A DNA stretch of 64,000 nt from an uncultured virus (IMG/VR IMGVR_UViG_2517287023_000001) (taxonomy: Duplodnaviria > Heunggongvirae > Uroviricota > Caudoviricetes), in IMG/VR virus record IMGVR_UViG_2517287023_000001. One strand, given 5' to 3'. This document shows, one piece after another, positions 10,164-20,322 of this stretch (position 1 is the first letter of the stretch; each line of letters starts with the position of its first letter). Both the position numbers and the translations under genes were made by a program. The notes beneath the pieces are model-generated. The model had not been told where the DNA came from and did no database searches. It saw nothing but the letters and a program-made list of their open reading frames with translations.

Positions 10164-10716
10164 GATCGTCCCTCCGGCTCGTCGCCGTCAATCTCGCTCT
10201 CGTGAAGGCGGTGGTTTGCAGCGTGGGTGACGTCGGCACCATCCACGCCATGCTTCCGCGCTGATCTATGCACCTTTACACCACGACATTAACGTACTAC
10301 GAGAATGAGCCGACACTTCGCCGCCCTGCGGATGGAGCAGCAGCAGCGCGGCTTGCGTATGGCCCGAAAAAACCGCGTGACCTGAGGCGTGATCGGGGGT
10401 GTTCGCCGCCCCGGGCACCATCGGCACCATCGACACCGGTGGCAGGCAACGCCCGGCGAGATGTACTGGACTCACTGTCCAGGGGCCGCGCACGTCACGA
10501 TCCCTGGACCGGACGGCAGCAGTGAGCAGGACGAGCACATCTACGCCAACCGTGCGGGGTCGTGGGCGCGAGCGGGTCACCCAGGTCGGGCCCGTCGTCC
10601 TGACGTCGACCGCCTCGGAATCACCGTGAGTGTCGATGGTCAACACATGCTGTGGGTGGACACGTAGTTCTGCCTGTAGCGACCGTCCGCGTCCGCGGCG
10701 GGAAGGAGTGGACGTG

Positions 10717-11577
10717 ATGACGAGTGGGCCAGGGCCGATCACGAGCCGTAGGCGTTTGCGTATGGCGCTACGGCAACTGAGGCTCGCCGCCGGCCGCTCC
10801 TTGGAGGACATCCGGGACGAGATGGACTGGTCACTGTCTAAGGTGAGGCGGATCGAGAGTGGTGTCGTTAGCGTCTCCGTCAACGACCTCCGCGCGCTGC
10901 TGGCGTACTACGGAGTCGCTGATCCCGCCCAGGTGGACCGTCTGGTGGACATGGCGCGCTCGGCGCGTCGGCGGCACTGGGCCGGACAGGACCGTGCGTA
11001 CCTGTCGACTTCCTATGCGGAGGTGCTGGGCGTCGAGGACGATGCCTCACGGATCAGCCAGTACCACCCCTTCCTGATTCCCGGACTTCTTCGGACCCAG
11101 GACTACGCGCGGCTGGTGGCCACGGCCAGCCCGCATACCCGTGACAGCCAGGCCGTCGAGGCTTGGGTACGGCTGTGTATGGCGCGACAAGACCGTGCGT
11201 TCAGCAACGACCGACACCACTCCGTGCGGTTCGTGTTGGATGAACGCGCACTCAAGGCAGTTCGCGAGCCCGACGTGATGCGGCACCAAATCGGCAAGAT
11301 CCTCGGTCTTTTGCCGCGACTCAATTTGGTCATCCTCCAGTGGGACAGCGCGGCTGAACCCGGATTCGTCGGCCCGTTTTCCTGCCATGAGTTCTGCTCT
11401 GACCTTGATCCCGACGTCGTCTGCCTTGAAAACCAACCCAACGACGTGACCCTCATCGAACATCCTGACACGGTTGCTCGGTACAAGGCAGCGTTTCGTG
11501 AGCTGTTCGACCAAGCCGTTCCCGGGGCCGGTGACCCCGGGCGTGAGATCCTCAACCGCCACGGCGGTCACTGCTAG
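10717..11577 (+). CDS. XRE-family HTH regulator with DUF5753 domain (WhiJ-like)
   Basis: LRQLRLAAG..WSLSKVRRIESG and IPGLLRTQDYAR motifs. Confidence 0.85.
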   Translation: MTSGPGPITSRRRLRMALRQLRLAAGRSLEDIRDEMDWSLSKVRRIESGVVSVSVNDLRALLAYYGVADPAQVDRLVDMARSARRRHWAGQDRAYLSTSYAEVLGVEDDASRISQYHPFLIPGLLRTQDYARLVATASPHTRDSQAVEAWVRLCMARQDRAFSNDRHHSVRFVLDERALKAVREPDVMRHQIGKILGLLPRLNLVILQWDSAAEPGFVGPFSCHEFCSDLDPDVVCLENQPNDVTLIEHPDTVARYKAAFRELFDQAVPGAGDPGREILNRHGGHC

Positions 11578-11947
11578 GGAGTCACGGCGATGCCGCCTCT
11601 GGCCTGTGGTCGGGGGCGGTATCGCCGTGTTGCGGTGGTGGTTGCTCCGTGGGCGCGGCGTGTGGGTGTCCGCCTCGAACTTGGTAACACAGAAAGCATA
11701 AAATCGACGCGCTGGAGAAGGTGCTCCGGGAAGCGCCGTGGCGCTGCCTGTGCATCTGCACCTGCCACCTGGGACGGCAATGCACCTGCGTCTGCACCTG
11801 CTCATAGCCCAAACGACGCCGCCCCCGACCTTGTGGTCGGGGGCGGCGTCGTGTCTGCGGGCACCATCGGCACCATCGGCACCGTGGCCAGGCAACCCCT
11901 GGTGGGGTGTACTGGGCTCAACATTGGCTTTCGTCGTTGGGAGCGCT

Positions 11948-13219
11948 ATGAGTATGAGACGTCGAGGCGTCGTCGCCGCCGGGCTGGCCGCCCTTCTGGT
12001 CGCCTCAGCCCTCACCACGCCGTCCCTGACATCAGCGGCGGTGGGTGTCGAAACCCAGGGCACAGACAACCTGGACCCCGCTATCAGGGCGGAAATGGAA
12101 CGGCAGAGCGAGCTAGCGCCGGCCGGCAACGTGCTCTGGGAGGAGCAGGTGAGAGCGCCCGAGTCCGGGTGGGCTAGCCTCGCGTACGAGGGCAAGGGCC
12201 TCACGCTCTACTGGAAGGGCGACCTGACACCGGGCATGGCTGCGGCTCTCGAGCGTGCACGCCAGTGGGGGCCAGTTGTTGTGAAGCCGGCGGCGTACTC
12301 CCGTGCCGAGCTGCAAGCCGCCGCAGAAAAGATCATTTCTGCTAGCGAGCAGCACCCCGAGCACGACATTCAGTCGATCGGGCTAGAGAGCGACGGTAGC
12401 GGCCTGGAAATTGCCCGTGGCCCTAAAGTCCTGCACCCGGGGACGGTGCCCAAGAGGACCGGGCCGGTCACGTCGGCGGTGCAGATCCTCCAGGAAGCTG
12501 GGGTCGACGTCCCGGTGGCGGTGGTTGACCGACCCGAGCAGATGCAACTGACGGTCAACCGCTCCGACGATTCGCCCCCGTGGAACGGCGGCGGGAAATG
12601 GGAGGCGTGGCGGGGCAACAACGACAGGCGGTCCACGTGCACGACGGGGTTCGGCGTCTATTCCGGCGGCCGGACCTGGGTCCTCAGCGCCGGGCACTGC
12701 GGGTCGCCACCCGACGACGCGTACCAGGGCGTGTGGGGTCAACCAGGTTTTGACGAGATGGGGCCGGTCCACGACGACGATTGGCGTTCAGACCTGCTGC
12801 TCATCGACGCTCCCGGATGGTACAAAATTTTCGACGGGTCAGCGAACACGTCTACTACGAAGGTCGTCAAAGGCTGGGGCGGTTGGACGAAGGGCGAACT
12901 GGTCTGCCAGTCCGGCCGGACAAGCGGGACGGTGTGCGCCATCAGGCAGTCCCATGAACGAAACTATTTCCTGGATTGCAACTTCGGGGCGGACTCCGAT
13001 GGTGACTGCGACTACACCATCCGTGGCATCATTGAGGGCTATCAAACCGAGGGCCGCGAAGCGACCCGGATTGGCGACAGCGGCGGCCCCGTCTTCGTGC
13101 TCGACGGCGCCGGCGTGCGGGCCAAGGGCATCACGGTCGGCGGCGGCGGCACGACATTCTGGTTCCAGGACTGGGCGACCGTGATTGACGTGTTCGGGGC
13201 CTACCCACGCACGGGCTGA
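11948..13219 (+). CDS. Secreted S1-family (chymotrypsin/streptogrisin-like) serine protease
   Basis: Signal peptide, pro-region, CTTGF, SAGHC and GDSGGP catalytic motifs. Confidence 0.88.
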   Translation: MSMRRRGVVAAGLAALLVASALTTPSLTSAAVGVETQGTDNLDPAIRAEMERQSELAPAGNVLWEEQVRAPESGWASLAYEGKGLTLYWKGDLTPGMAAALERARQWGPVVVKPAAYSRAELQAAAEKIISASEQHPEHDIQSIGLESDGSGLEIARGPKVLHPGTVPKRTGPVTSAVQILQEAGVDVPVAVVDRPEQMQLTVNRSDDSPPWNGGGKWEAWRGNNDRRSTCTTGFGVYSGGRTWVLSAGHCGSPPDDAYQGVWGQPGFDEMGPVHDDDWRSDLLLIDAPGWYKIFDGSANTSTTKVVKGWGGWTKGELVCQSGRTSGTVCAIRQSHERNYFLDCNFGADSDGDCDYTIRGIIEGYQTEGREATRIGDSGGPVFVLDGAGVRAKGITVGGGGTTFWFQDWATVIDVFGAYPRTG

Positions 13220-13323
13220 ACCAAGGTGGTGGGTCGCGTGACTTGACGCGGCCCACCACACCGAATTCGCCGACGTGCAGGGGCAACGCGGCGTACCATG
13301 CCGCCAAAGGGGCAAAGGGAGAC

Positions 13324-13905
13324 ATGTCGATGACGACTCAGCAGACGCAAGGCCCCACGCCCGGCCGCGCGCGCCGGCACGTGGTAGTTGGCCTCCTAGC
13401 CGCCGCGGTCGCCGTCGGCACCGCAGCGACCATCGGCATCGTCACGGGCGACCCAGAGCCCGAGCCAGTGCAGGCCGCATCCGTGGCGAACACGGACGCG
13501 GGCCCGGTCCGCTGTCCCGAACAGCGGCACGAGCCGGACTGGCCAGCCACCCCGTTCGCACCGGAGGTCATGGTCCCCACCGGGGCGACCGAGGTTCTGA
13601 TGTGCACCTACCCCACGCTCGGGCCAGAACCATGGAGCCTCGGCAGCACCAGGCGCAACACCAGCGACGTCACCGAGCTGACCGACTACATCAACGGGTT
13701 GGCGATCTCCGAAGACGACGCCGGCTGTCTGATGCACATCCCACCTCTGCGGCGCAGCATCGTGTTCGGCTACGCCGGGCAGCGTGCGGTGACGATCCAT
13801 CTGGGCTGCGCCTTCTGGCAGCGCGAGGGCGGCGGCGCGTCCCGCTACGGTGGCGATCAGCGTAAGGTCCTCGCCTACTGGGGCCTAACCTGGAACGAGC
13901 ACTGA
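13324..13905 (+). CDS. Membrane-anchored/secreted hypothetical protein
   Basis: N-terminal TM helix, paired Cys; AAGGGAG RBS. Confidence 0.65.
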   Translation: MSMTTQQTQGPTPGRARRHVVVGLLAAAVAVGTAATIGIVTGDPEPEPVQAASVANTDAGPVRCPEQRHEPDWPATPFAPEVMVPTGATEVLMCTYPTLGPEPWSLGSTRRNTSDVTELTDYINGLAISEDDAGCLMHIPPLRRSIVFGYAGQRAVTIHLGCAFWQREGGGASRYGGDQRKVLAYWGLTWNEH

Positions 13906-13966
13906 ACACCTCCCGCGCCGCAACCGGTCAGCCCCCGCGCGTCGGCACACGCGCGACGCGCTCGGC

Positions 13967-14173
13967 TTACCGGACCTGGAGTTCGGCGATCGTGGCCCGG
14001 GCCAGGGACAGATCCACAGCAAGCTGATCTACAAGATCAGCGGCGCTGTCCGAGCCTGTGATACCGGCTCGGTTGAGTGCGTCCCACACGTCATGGAGCG
14101 CGCCGAACGCCTCGGCGCAGTTGAGGCGACAACGCCCGTGGATTGGTAGGTAGCAAGTCGATTCCTCCTCCAT
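13967..14173 (-). CDS. Small hypothetical protein
   Basis: AAGGGGGAG RBS before ATG. Confidence 0.55.
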   Translation of the reverse strand: MEEESTCYLPIHGRCRLNCAEAFGALHDVWDALNRAGITGSDSAADLVDQLAVDLSLARATIAELQVR

Positions 14174-14446
14174 GCGGTGACTCCCCCTTTTTGTATTCGT
14201 GGCGCGCGCCGACCCGGTATACGGCGGGTGGTGTCGCTGTCCTACTGTCAAGCTTTTCCTTGTTCAGTTTAGGGAAGGCGCTTGATGTCCCCGCACCACA
14301 CCACCACCTCACCATTGATAGCCGAGCCGATCCCGTCGCCTGTAGACGCGCTGGTGGCTCGAGAACTGCCGAAGCTGGTTGCGCTGGGCGTTAGCCTGCT
14401 GCTGTGGGTCGGCCTGGGCGCGTTGGGTCGACTGCTGTGGGGCCTG

Positions 14447-14662
14447 CTAGCGGCGTGAGCGTCGGCCTGGCCACCGGCCGGTGACACGTTTGATCAAGTT
14501 AGCGACCATGCCGCGTACCACGTGCGGTGGGAGCCGGCCGCCGGTGGCCTCGGTGATCGCCGCGACGCCGCGGTCGAAGGCACCGGGTGTGCCGTAGCCG
14601 ATTTTGATCGCGCCTTTGCCGCGCGTCCAGTATTTCAAGATCCCCGATGGGATGTCCGACAT
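14447..14662 (-). CDS. Small actinophage-type protein (YWTRGKGAIKI..GTPG motif)
   Basis: Motif recalled from actinobacteriophage proteins; AAGGAG RBS. Confidence 0.6.
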   Translation of the reverse strand: MSDIPSGILKYWTRGKGAIKIGYGTPGAFDRGVAAITEATGGRLPPHVVRGMVANLIKRVTGRWPGRRSRR

Positions 14663-14803
14663 GTGCTATCTCCTTTTCTCTCGTATGCCGGGGGATTGCG
14701 CCATAAGGGCCCGGCCGTAGTAATCGGCCGAAAATCAATAGCAACGCGCGGCGGGTGCTGGCCCGCGGCGAAGAGGTCACCGTGACGTGGCACCAACCGG
14801 CAC

Positions 14804-15422
14804 CAGTCGGCTGTTCTCGGGGCGCTCCTGCGCGGGGCGTTGGCGCCCGGGGGCGATGCCCCGGGGGTGGCGCTCGTGCTGCGGCGTGATGCGCTGGCTG
14901 ATCGCTGCGTCATCAGGTAGGCCATGATCTTGCGACGGGACGTAGCGCCGTGAGATAGCCGAGGGGCCTGCACCTTGCGGTGTAGGCCCCTCGTTGAGGT
15001 CTGGCCAGCAGCGCAGCTCCTCGCTCCACTCCTACGGCTTGCTTCCCTTTCGCACCATCGAGACAGTACGCCGAAGGCGGACAGCAGGCCGTAAGAGGGA
15101 GGCTACAGCATCCCGGATGTGGCGGTGAGTGGGTGTGGGGCTGTCACCGCATCGTGGTGTGGGTGGTCTGGTGGGCAGTCGGCTGTTCTCGGGGCGCTCC
15201 TGCGCGGGGCGTTGGCGCCCGGGGGCGATGCCCCGGGGGTGGCGCTCGTGCTGCGGCGTGATGCGCTGGCTGATCGCTGCGTCATCAGGTAGGCCATGAT
15301 CTTGCGACGGGACGTAGCGCCGTGGGACGGCCGAAGGGCCTGCACCTTGCGGTGTAGGCCCTTCGTTGCGGGCTGGCCAGCGGCGCAGCTCCTCACTCCG
15401 ATCCTACGGCTTGCTGCTTCCC
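14804..15422. repeat. ~245-bp direct duplication (14804-15046 / 15176-15422)
   Basis: Near-identical sequence; the same peptide appears in two ORFs of the track. Confidence 0.9.
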
Positions 15423-15465
15423 ACAAGTAGTTAGCAAGGGTACAGCATCCCCGGGTGTGGGGCTG

Positions 15466-16092
15466 TCACCGCATCGTGGTGTGGCTGGTCTGGTGGTGGG
15501 GGCGCGGTTTTGGGGTCTCCGGGCCGGGGCGGCGTGCGGCGGTGGGGGTGGGCCGGTGTCGGCGGCCGTGGTCGGTGGCTAGTGCGGCGAGGTCTTGGAC
15601 GGCGCGGTGGAGGCGGGCGTACGCGTCGCGGTCGTGGGTGGCCTGCACTTCGGCGGCTCGGTCCGCGAGGTCTTGGACGGCGTGGTTCAGGTTGGTGATG
15701 TGCTGTTCCAGTGCGGCGATGTGGTGGCGGTACTCGCCTTCGGTTCGCTGGTGGAATGTGGTCACGGCGTCGCGTTGGTCTTTGGTGTCGGCTATGAGGT
15801 GGTGGACGGCGCGGGCGAATGCGGTGGGGTGCTGGCGGGCGGCGTCGATCAGTGTCTCTGGGGTGGCTGTTTGGAGGGTTGAGGTGGTGAAGGGTTGGTC
15901 GGGGGCACGGTCGGCGACGGCGTGGGCGAGGGCCATCCAGGCGTGGGCGGCGTCGGCGTGGTAGCTGGTGCGTAGGGCGTCGGCTGCTGCGCGCCAGCAG
16001 GTGTCGGGGGTGGGGATGTCGTGGGGTGGCGGGGTGGGTGTTGGTTCGGTGGTGGGGGTGGTGGTGCCTCGGATGATGGGCATGGCGAGCAC
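15466..16092 (-). CDS. Hypothetical coiled-coil protein
   Basis: ~208-aa ORF. Confidence 0.5.
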   Translation of the reverse strand: MLAMPIIRGTTTPTTEPTPTPPPHDIPTPDTCWRAAADALRTSYHADAAHAWMALAHAVADRAPDQPFTTSTLQTATPETLIDAARQHPTAFARAVHHLIADTKDQRDAVTTFHQRTEGEYRHHIAALEQHITNLNHAVQDLADRAAEVQATHDRDAYARLHRAVQDLAALATDHGRRHRPTPTAARRPGPETPKPRPHHQTSHTTMR

Positions 16093-16308
16093 GACCCTTC
16101 TTGTGAGGTTTCAACGGTTTTGTGGTTTCTGCGTATTTCTCGAACACCATAATGGTCATTATGATGTAAAGCGGTTCCTGTGAATTCGCTGGGCAAAGTT
16201 GACCTTTGTTCTGGCTTGGCGCAACCTGATGCGGCGCAGTGACGTTGACGCCCTGGATCGGTGGATCAGATACCGTCTCAGTGCACGTGATGCCGTAGCG
16301 TCGACCCG

Positions 16309-16887
16309 ATGACCGCCGTTCCGAACCCGTATCCGGACCCGCCACAGCATCCGACGACATTCGCCGACGCGCAAAAGGTCAGCCCGCTGGACTTGGCACG
16401 CCGCGTCGGTGACGTGCTCCGCTGGCTCGGGGACACGATCTCCCTGCCCACCGACGTCCCGCCCGGCGACCCGCGGCGCGTGCAGCGGCTGGGCCTAGAG
16501 TTGGAACACCTCGCGACCGTTCGCGCCCTGCACCACTACCTCGGCCGCAGCACAGCGCACCGGGTCCACGCCGCCGTGATCAGCGGTGCCACGGCCGAGC
16601 AGGTCACGCTCGCTACTGGACTCAGCCTCACCGAGGTCACGGCGATCTGGACCACGTGGTCGGATGGCCAACGCAAGCTCGAACGCGATCTGCCGCACTT
16701 GCCGCAGCACACTGCGGCCTACGACTATGTAGCCGACGTCCTCGCCGCCGGTTGCACGACCAAGGCCGCGTCTGACGCCCCTGAGGACGGCGGGGCGCAA
16801 CGTGAGCACGACGATCTAAATCGGACTGTTGACACGCCCTCTCAGCAGAAATCGACGGCCAGCCACCGCCGCCCTTCCAGGTCGTAG
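16309..16887 (+). CDS. Hypothetical protein
   Basis: 192-aa ORF with plausible composition. Confidence 0.55.
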   Translation: MTAVPNPYPDPPQHPTTFADAQKVSPLDLARRVGDVLRWLGDTISLPTDVPPGDPRRVQRLGLELEHLATVRALHHYLGRSTAHRVHAAVISGATAEQVTLATGLSLTEVTAIWTTWSDGQRKLERDLPHLPQHTAAYDYVADVLAAGCTTKAASDAPEDGGAQREHDDLNRTVDTPSQQKSTASHRRPSRS

Positions 16888-17162
16888 TAGCCGTCACCAC
16901 CGGAATGAGTGGCCCCGCACTCGGCCCACGGGGTCCGTGGCGTCTTTGCGGCGATGGCCACCATCTCGTCACGGGTGACCGTGTATCCGGACTCGGCCAC
17001 GATCTCGCCCTGGTCGAGCTGATTCAACCACGCTTCGTAGTCGGTGACATTCCGATCGGGGTGTGCGCGGAAAGTGAACGTTCCGGCGGCGTGCTGGCCG
17101 AGATGGATGCCCTCACCGTCGTCCGGGGTGTTGGCGATGCGAACGTAGTAGTTGGTCGACAT
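16842..17162 (-). CDS. Hypothetical protein
   Basis: AGGAG RBS; last gene of a 3-gene minus-strand operon. Confidence 0.65.
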   Translation of the reverse strand: MSTNYYVRIANTPDDGEGIHLGQHAAGTFTFRAHPDRNVTDYEAWLNQLDQGEIVAESGYTVTRDEMVAIAAKTPRTPWAECGATHSGGDGYYDLEGRRWLAVDFC

Positions 17163-17171
17163 CGCGGTCTC

Positions 17172-17762
17172 CTAGCTCGGGCCGGTGGTCAGTGTCGCGA
17201 GATGCTGACGGTCGTCCTCGGTGAACGTCGTCTCGATGGCGGCCAGTAGGCCGCCGTAGGTGCGTCGGGCGACACCGGCTTCTTCCACCAGGTCAACGGC
17301 GTTGCGGATCTGTCGGCCGAGGTCCCGCCGATCGAGCCACCACTTGGGGTCTGTCACCCGTAGTGCCGCCGCGACGTAGATACCAGCGATGTCCTCGGCG
17401 CGCGGGTGCCCGGCGTGCCGGTAGTCTTCCTCGCCTAGGATTCCAGCGAATCCCAGCTCTCTGGGCGGGTCGCAGACCCTCGCGACGATCTCAGCGACCA
17501 TCGTGGCGCGGGCCTCGATGGCGGCCGAGACTTGCCGGGGGGTGCCGTCAGTGATGTCGGGCCAGCCGGCGGCCTTGGCGAGGGTCAGCGCGCGTGCGGT
17601 CAGCGCGGCCCGCTGCTGCTGGCGTTCGGCGCGGACGCAGTCATGGCATGGGTGCTCTGCCAGCCACCGGGCCTTGTCCTCACGTTGACCTTTTGTGTTC
17701 GGGCCCCGGATGTTGATGGTTTCGGTGTGGCCGCAGGACCGGCGTATGTCGTATTGAGACAT
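17172..17762 (-). CDS. Hypothetical protein with N-terminal CGH..C-x-x-C zinc ribbon
   Basis: SCGH and PCHDC motifs; TGATG coupling. Confidence 0.7.
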   Translation of the reverse strand: MSQYDIRRSCGHTETINIRGPNTKGQREDKARWLAEHPCHDCVRAERQQQRAALTARALTLAKAAGWPDITDGTPRQVSAAIEARATMVAEIVARVCDPPRELGFAGILGEEDYRHAGHPRAEDIAGIYVAAALRVTDPKWWLDRRDLGRQIRNAVDLVEEAGVARRTYGGLLAAIETTFTEDDRQHLATLTTGPS

Positions 17763-18364
17763 CAGGTGTTGGACTGGTCAGGGGCGGCGAGGGCCACGCG
17801 GATTTCCTCTTTGGCATCGCGGTCCCCCTTCACCCAGTGCCGCCAGTATTTGACCATGTCGCGGGCGTCCTCCGTGGCCTCGTGTACGAGGGCGTAGTCG
17901 CCGTCGTACCCTTCTCCGGCTCCGCCGAACTGGCGTTGCGTCGCTGCGACGTAGGCCCTGGCTAGGCCGTGGGCGTAGGCGAAATCCTGCTCTGGCAGGG
18001 CGGTAAGTCGCTGCCCCTTATGCTGGTCGGCTAGGTACACCAGGGCATAGGCGATACGCAGCCCGGCGCGGTGATCGACGTACGCGTGGATCGGTTCAGC
18101 CTCCCCCGCGCGGAACTCCGCTACGTCGGTTAGGGAGACGACGATGGTTTGGATGTTGAGCTGCCCCGTCTGCATTACTAGCCACCCGCCGCGCGGATCG
18201 TCGCCGTCTCGGGGCTCGGCTACCTTGACGAGTAGACCGCCGATCTGCTTGCCGTCGGTGCGGGTCACGAGTACGTGGGCGTGTACGTACTGCTCGGCGT
18301 TGGAGTGGCGAGCAGTGACAGATCCCATGTGGGTCGGGTCCCGATCGAGGTCGATGATCTTCAC
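17762..18364 (-). CDS. Hypothetical protein
   Basis: GAGGAGG RBS, GTG start. Confidence 0.65.
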   Translation of the reverse strand: MKIIDLDRDPTHMGSVTARHSNAEQYVHAHVLVTRTDGKQIGGLLVKVAEPRDGDDPRGGWLVMQTGQLNIQTIVVSLTDVAEFRAGEAEPIHAYVDHRAGLRIAYALVYLADQHKGQRLTALPEQDFAYAHGLARAYVAATQRQFGGAGEGYDGDYALVHEATEDARDMVKYWRHWVKGDRDAKEEIRVALAAPDQSNT

Positions 18365-18589
18365 TGTATCCTCCTCTTGTCGATTGCTCGATCAAAGCAT
18401 AGGACAGCAGTAACCGACAAGCAACCCTTCACAGATTCTGTGGGTCCCTGTTTTCGCGGTGGGCCGCCCGCATGGGGGAGGGCGGCACCCCTTGGCTTCG
18501 TGGGCCTCCACGGGTGCCGCCCTCAAACCTGCATCAATACCAACCAACAGGAGCAACGAATGTGAGACGGACAAGGTTTCGGGAGCATC

Positions 18590-18740
18590 GAGAACAAGAT
18601 TCACCGGCACCGGCCCCCAAGTGATGGCCGCCCTGCGCAACGCCGCCATCGGTGCCCTACGAACCGCCGGCATCACGCTCGCGACAGCACCCGCCCACTG
18701 GCCCTTCTCGGCATCACGTGACGACTTTGCCGGGGCACTG
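18590..18740 (+). mobile_element. ISAs1-family IS remnant (3' end)
   Basis: TGTGPQVMAALRNAAIGALR peptide resembles the ISAs1 transposase C-terminus; ends in GACTTTGCCGGGGCACTG, similar to the family terminal repeat. Confidence 0.6.
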
Positions 18741-18869
18741 AGAGGGAGCCGGGGCTCGCGACATCACGTTCCGTGTTCAGCTCGGGTGTCTGCGGGGTGT
18801 GAGTAGCAACCGTGCGTAAATTTCCGACAAGGATGGCACTTTGGGCTTCCCGCCAGGGATTTCCGCGCT

Positions 18870-18953
18870 ACCGTAGGGGTCTGCGCGACCCCGTTTGACG
18901 AAAGAGCCCCGGGGCTCTGGCCATGAAGCCTAGTTGGACGGGGGTTCGTGCTT
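18870..18953 (-). ncRNA. Candidate DUF3800-associated structured RNA
   Basis: Directly after the DUF3800 stop; ACCCCCGT/ACGGGGT closing stem and AGAGCCCCGGGGCTCT palindrome. Confidence 0.5.
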
Positions 18954-18954
18954 T

Positions 18955-19623
18955 CTAGTAGTAGTGCGTTGTCCCAGACGCCCACAGGTCGTACACGTGG
19001 CGGATCTTGGGCTGGATGATCTCGTAGTACTGGCCGTCGTCGCGCTCCCTCAAGCGTGTGACCGCCCATGTGCAGTAGTCGGCGGCCTGTAAAGCGAAGT
19101 CCGAGCTGCACGGCCAGAACGCGAGCGTGCGCTTGACCCTGTAGGGCAGGCACTGAGTCAGCACCGCCTCGATGCCTCCCCGGAAGGCTTTCCGTGTTCG
19201 TTTGGTGCCCAGCTCGGCCGCAACGATGAGGGCCTCGTCGTCGGCGCCGAACGTCCGCGGTGCGACGTACTTGAGGTGGTAGTACCAGGCGTAGCGGAAG
19301 AACGTCGCGTGGTCCTGGCGAACGTGAGGCTGCGCCTTCGACTTCTCGAGCAGGGTGATGTCGAACTGGAAGTCGAGGGTCGACAACAGCTTGAAGACGT
19401 TCAGGCGTACCTCAGGCGTGTCGTTCGTGGCGTGGAAGCAGGAGTCCAGGCCGTGATTGCGGAAGGCCAGTTCATCACGCAGATGCCCGAACGCCGCTCG
19501 CAGCCCCGATAGTTCGGATTCGTCAATGGCGAGGGTGCCGACGGCGAAGAAACGCGAAAGGTTTGGTCCTTTTTTGAAGTTGAGATCACCGCTCTCGTCT
19601 GAGAACAAGAATCGTCGTGCCAC
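18955..19623 (-). CDS. DUF3800 family protein (RNase H-like fold)
   Basis: FSDESG at N-terminus, FHA, and LQAADY at C-terminus. Confidence 0.85.
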   Translation of the reverse strand: MARRFLFSDESGDLNFKKGPNLSRFFAVGTLAIDESELSGLRAAFGHLRDELAFRNHGLDSCFHATNDTPEVRLNVFKLLSTLDFQFDITLLEKSKAQPHVRQDHATFFRYAWYYHLKYVAPRTFGADDEALIVAAELGTKRTRKAFRGGIEAVLTQCLPYRVKRTLAFWPCSSDFALQAADYCTWAVTRLRERDDGQYYEIIQPKIRHVYDLWASGTTHYY

Positions 19624-19871
19624 AGTGTTACTCCGCGAGGAAGGAGAAAAGGGGCGCTTCATCTTAGTAGTGCCTGGCTGGTTACGGTGCGCTGAACACG
19701 CGGTGTGGCGTGTGCTCCGGGCGTCATGCCGTTACCTGCCATGCTGGAGCCTACCCCTTGCTGCAACACCCCTTGCTGTAGGTCAATGTGTGGGGCTTGC
19801 TCGACCGTTCCCTTTAGGCAGTTCAGCGCCCTCGTTGTTGGCGAGCACGCGACCGCCCGGTGCTGCGGTCG

Positions 19872-20306
19872 TCACGCTGCCCAGACAACCTCGTCGGGTG
19901 CCCCATACCCCTCGGACACCGTCACCCGACCCGGAATGATCCACATGTTGGTTTTCATCGGCAGGTCGAACATGCTCACCGACAGCCCGGCGCGCGTCGC
20001 GGCTTCGGCCAGCACCGGATCTATCCCGTAGTCGCAGTGAATCGCCAGCCGCGCGAAGTCCTGCTGCGGTGCCTCCCCCCTGAGATGTTGATCGATCAGC
20101 GTGGCCAAAGCGTCGGCGAAGCGGTCGGCCTGGGCGGGGGTGAAGCGTTGCCGCAGCATCACGGACGCCACGTTGAAGGTCGCGGTCGCAGCCTGTTCCG
20201 CGGCGTCCCGGCCGCCCAGGTCGTGGCGTGTGTCGCTGGTGAGCTTGTCAGCCCACCACGTGGCGGCGGCGCGGGCCTCAGGTTTCGGGTCGATGGGAGT
20301 CTCCAT
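19872..20306 (-). CDS. Hypothetical protein
   Basis: AATWWA..., DYGIDPVL.EAA, LPMKT motifs seen in phage hypotheticals. Confidence 0.65.
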   Translation of the reverse strand: METPIDPKPEARAAATWWADKLTSDTRHDLGGRDAAEQAATATFNVASVMLRQRFTPAQADRFADALATLIDQHLRGEAPQQDFARLAIHCDYGIDPVLAEAATRAGLSVSMFDLPMKTNMWIIPGRVTVSEGYGAPDEVVWAA

Positions 20307-20322
20307 GAGCGTGAGTTTGGCA

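Noticed and set aside
15431..16360. 309-aa Arg/His/Pro-rich ORF and many similar long ORFs in the track
   Set aside because: Low-complexity alternative frames expected in high-GC DNA
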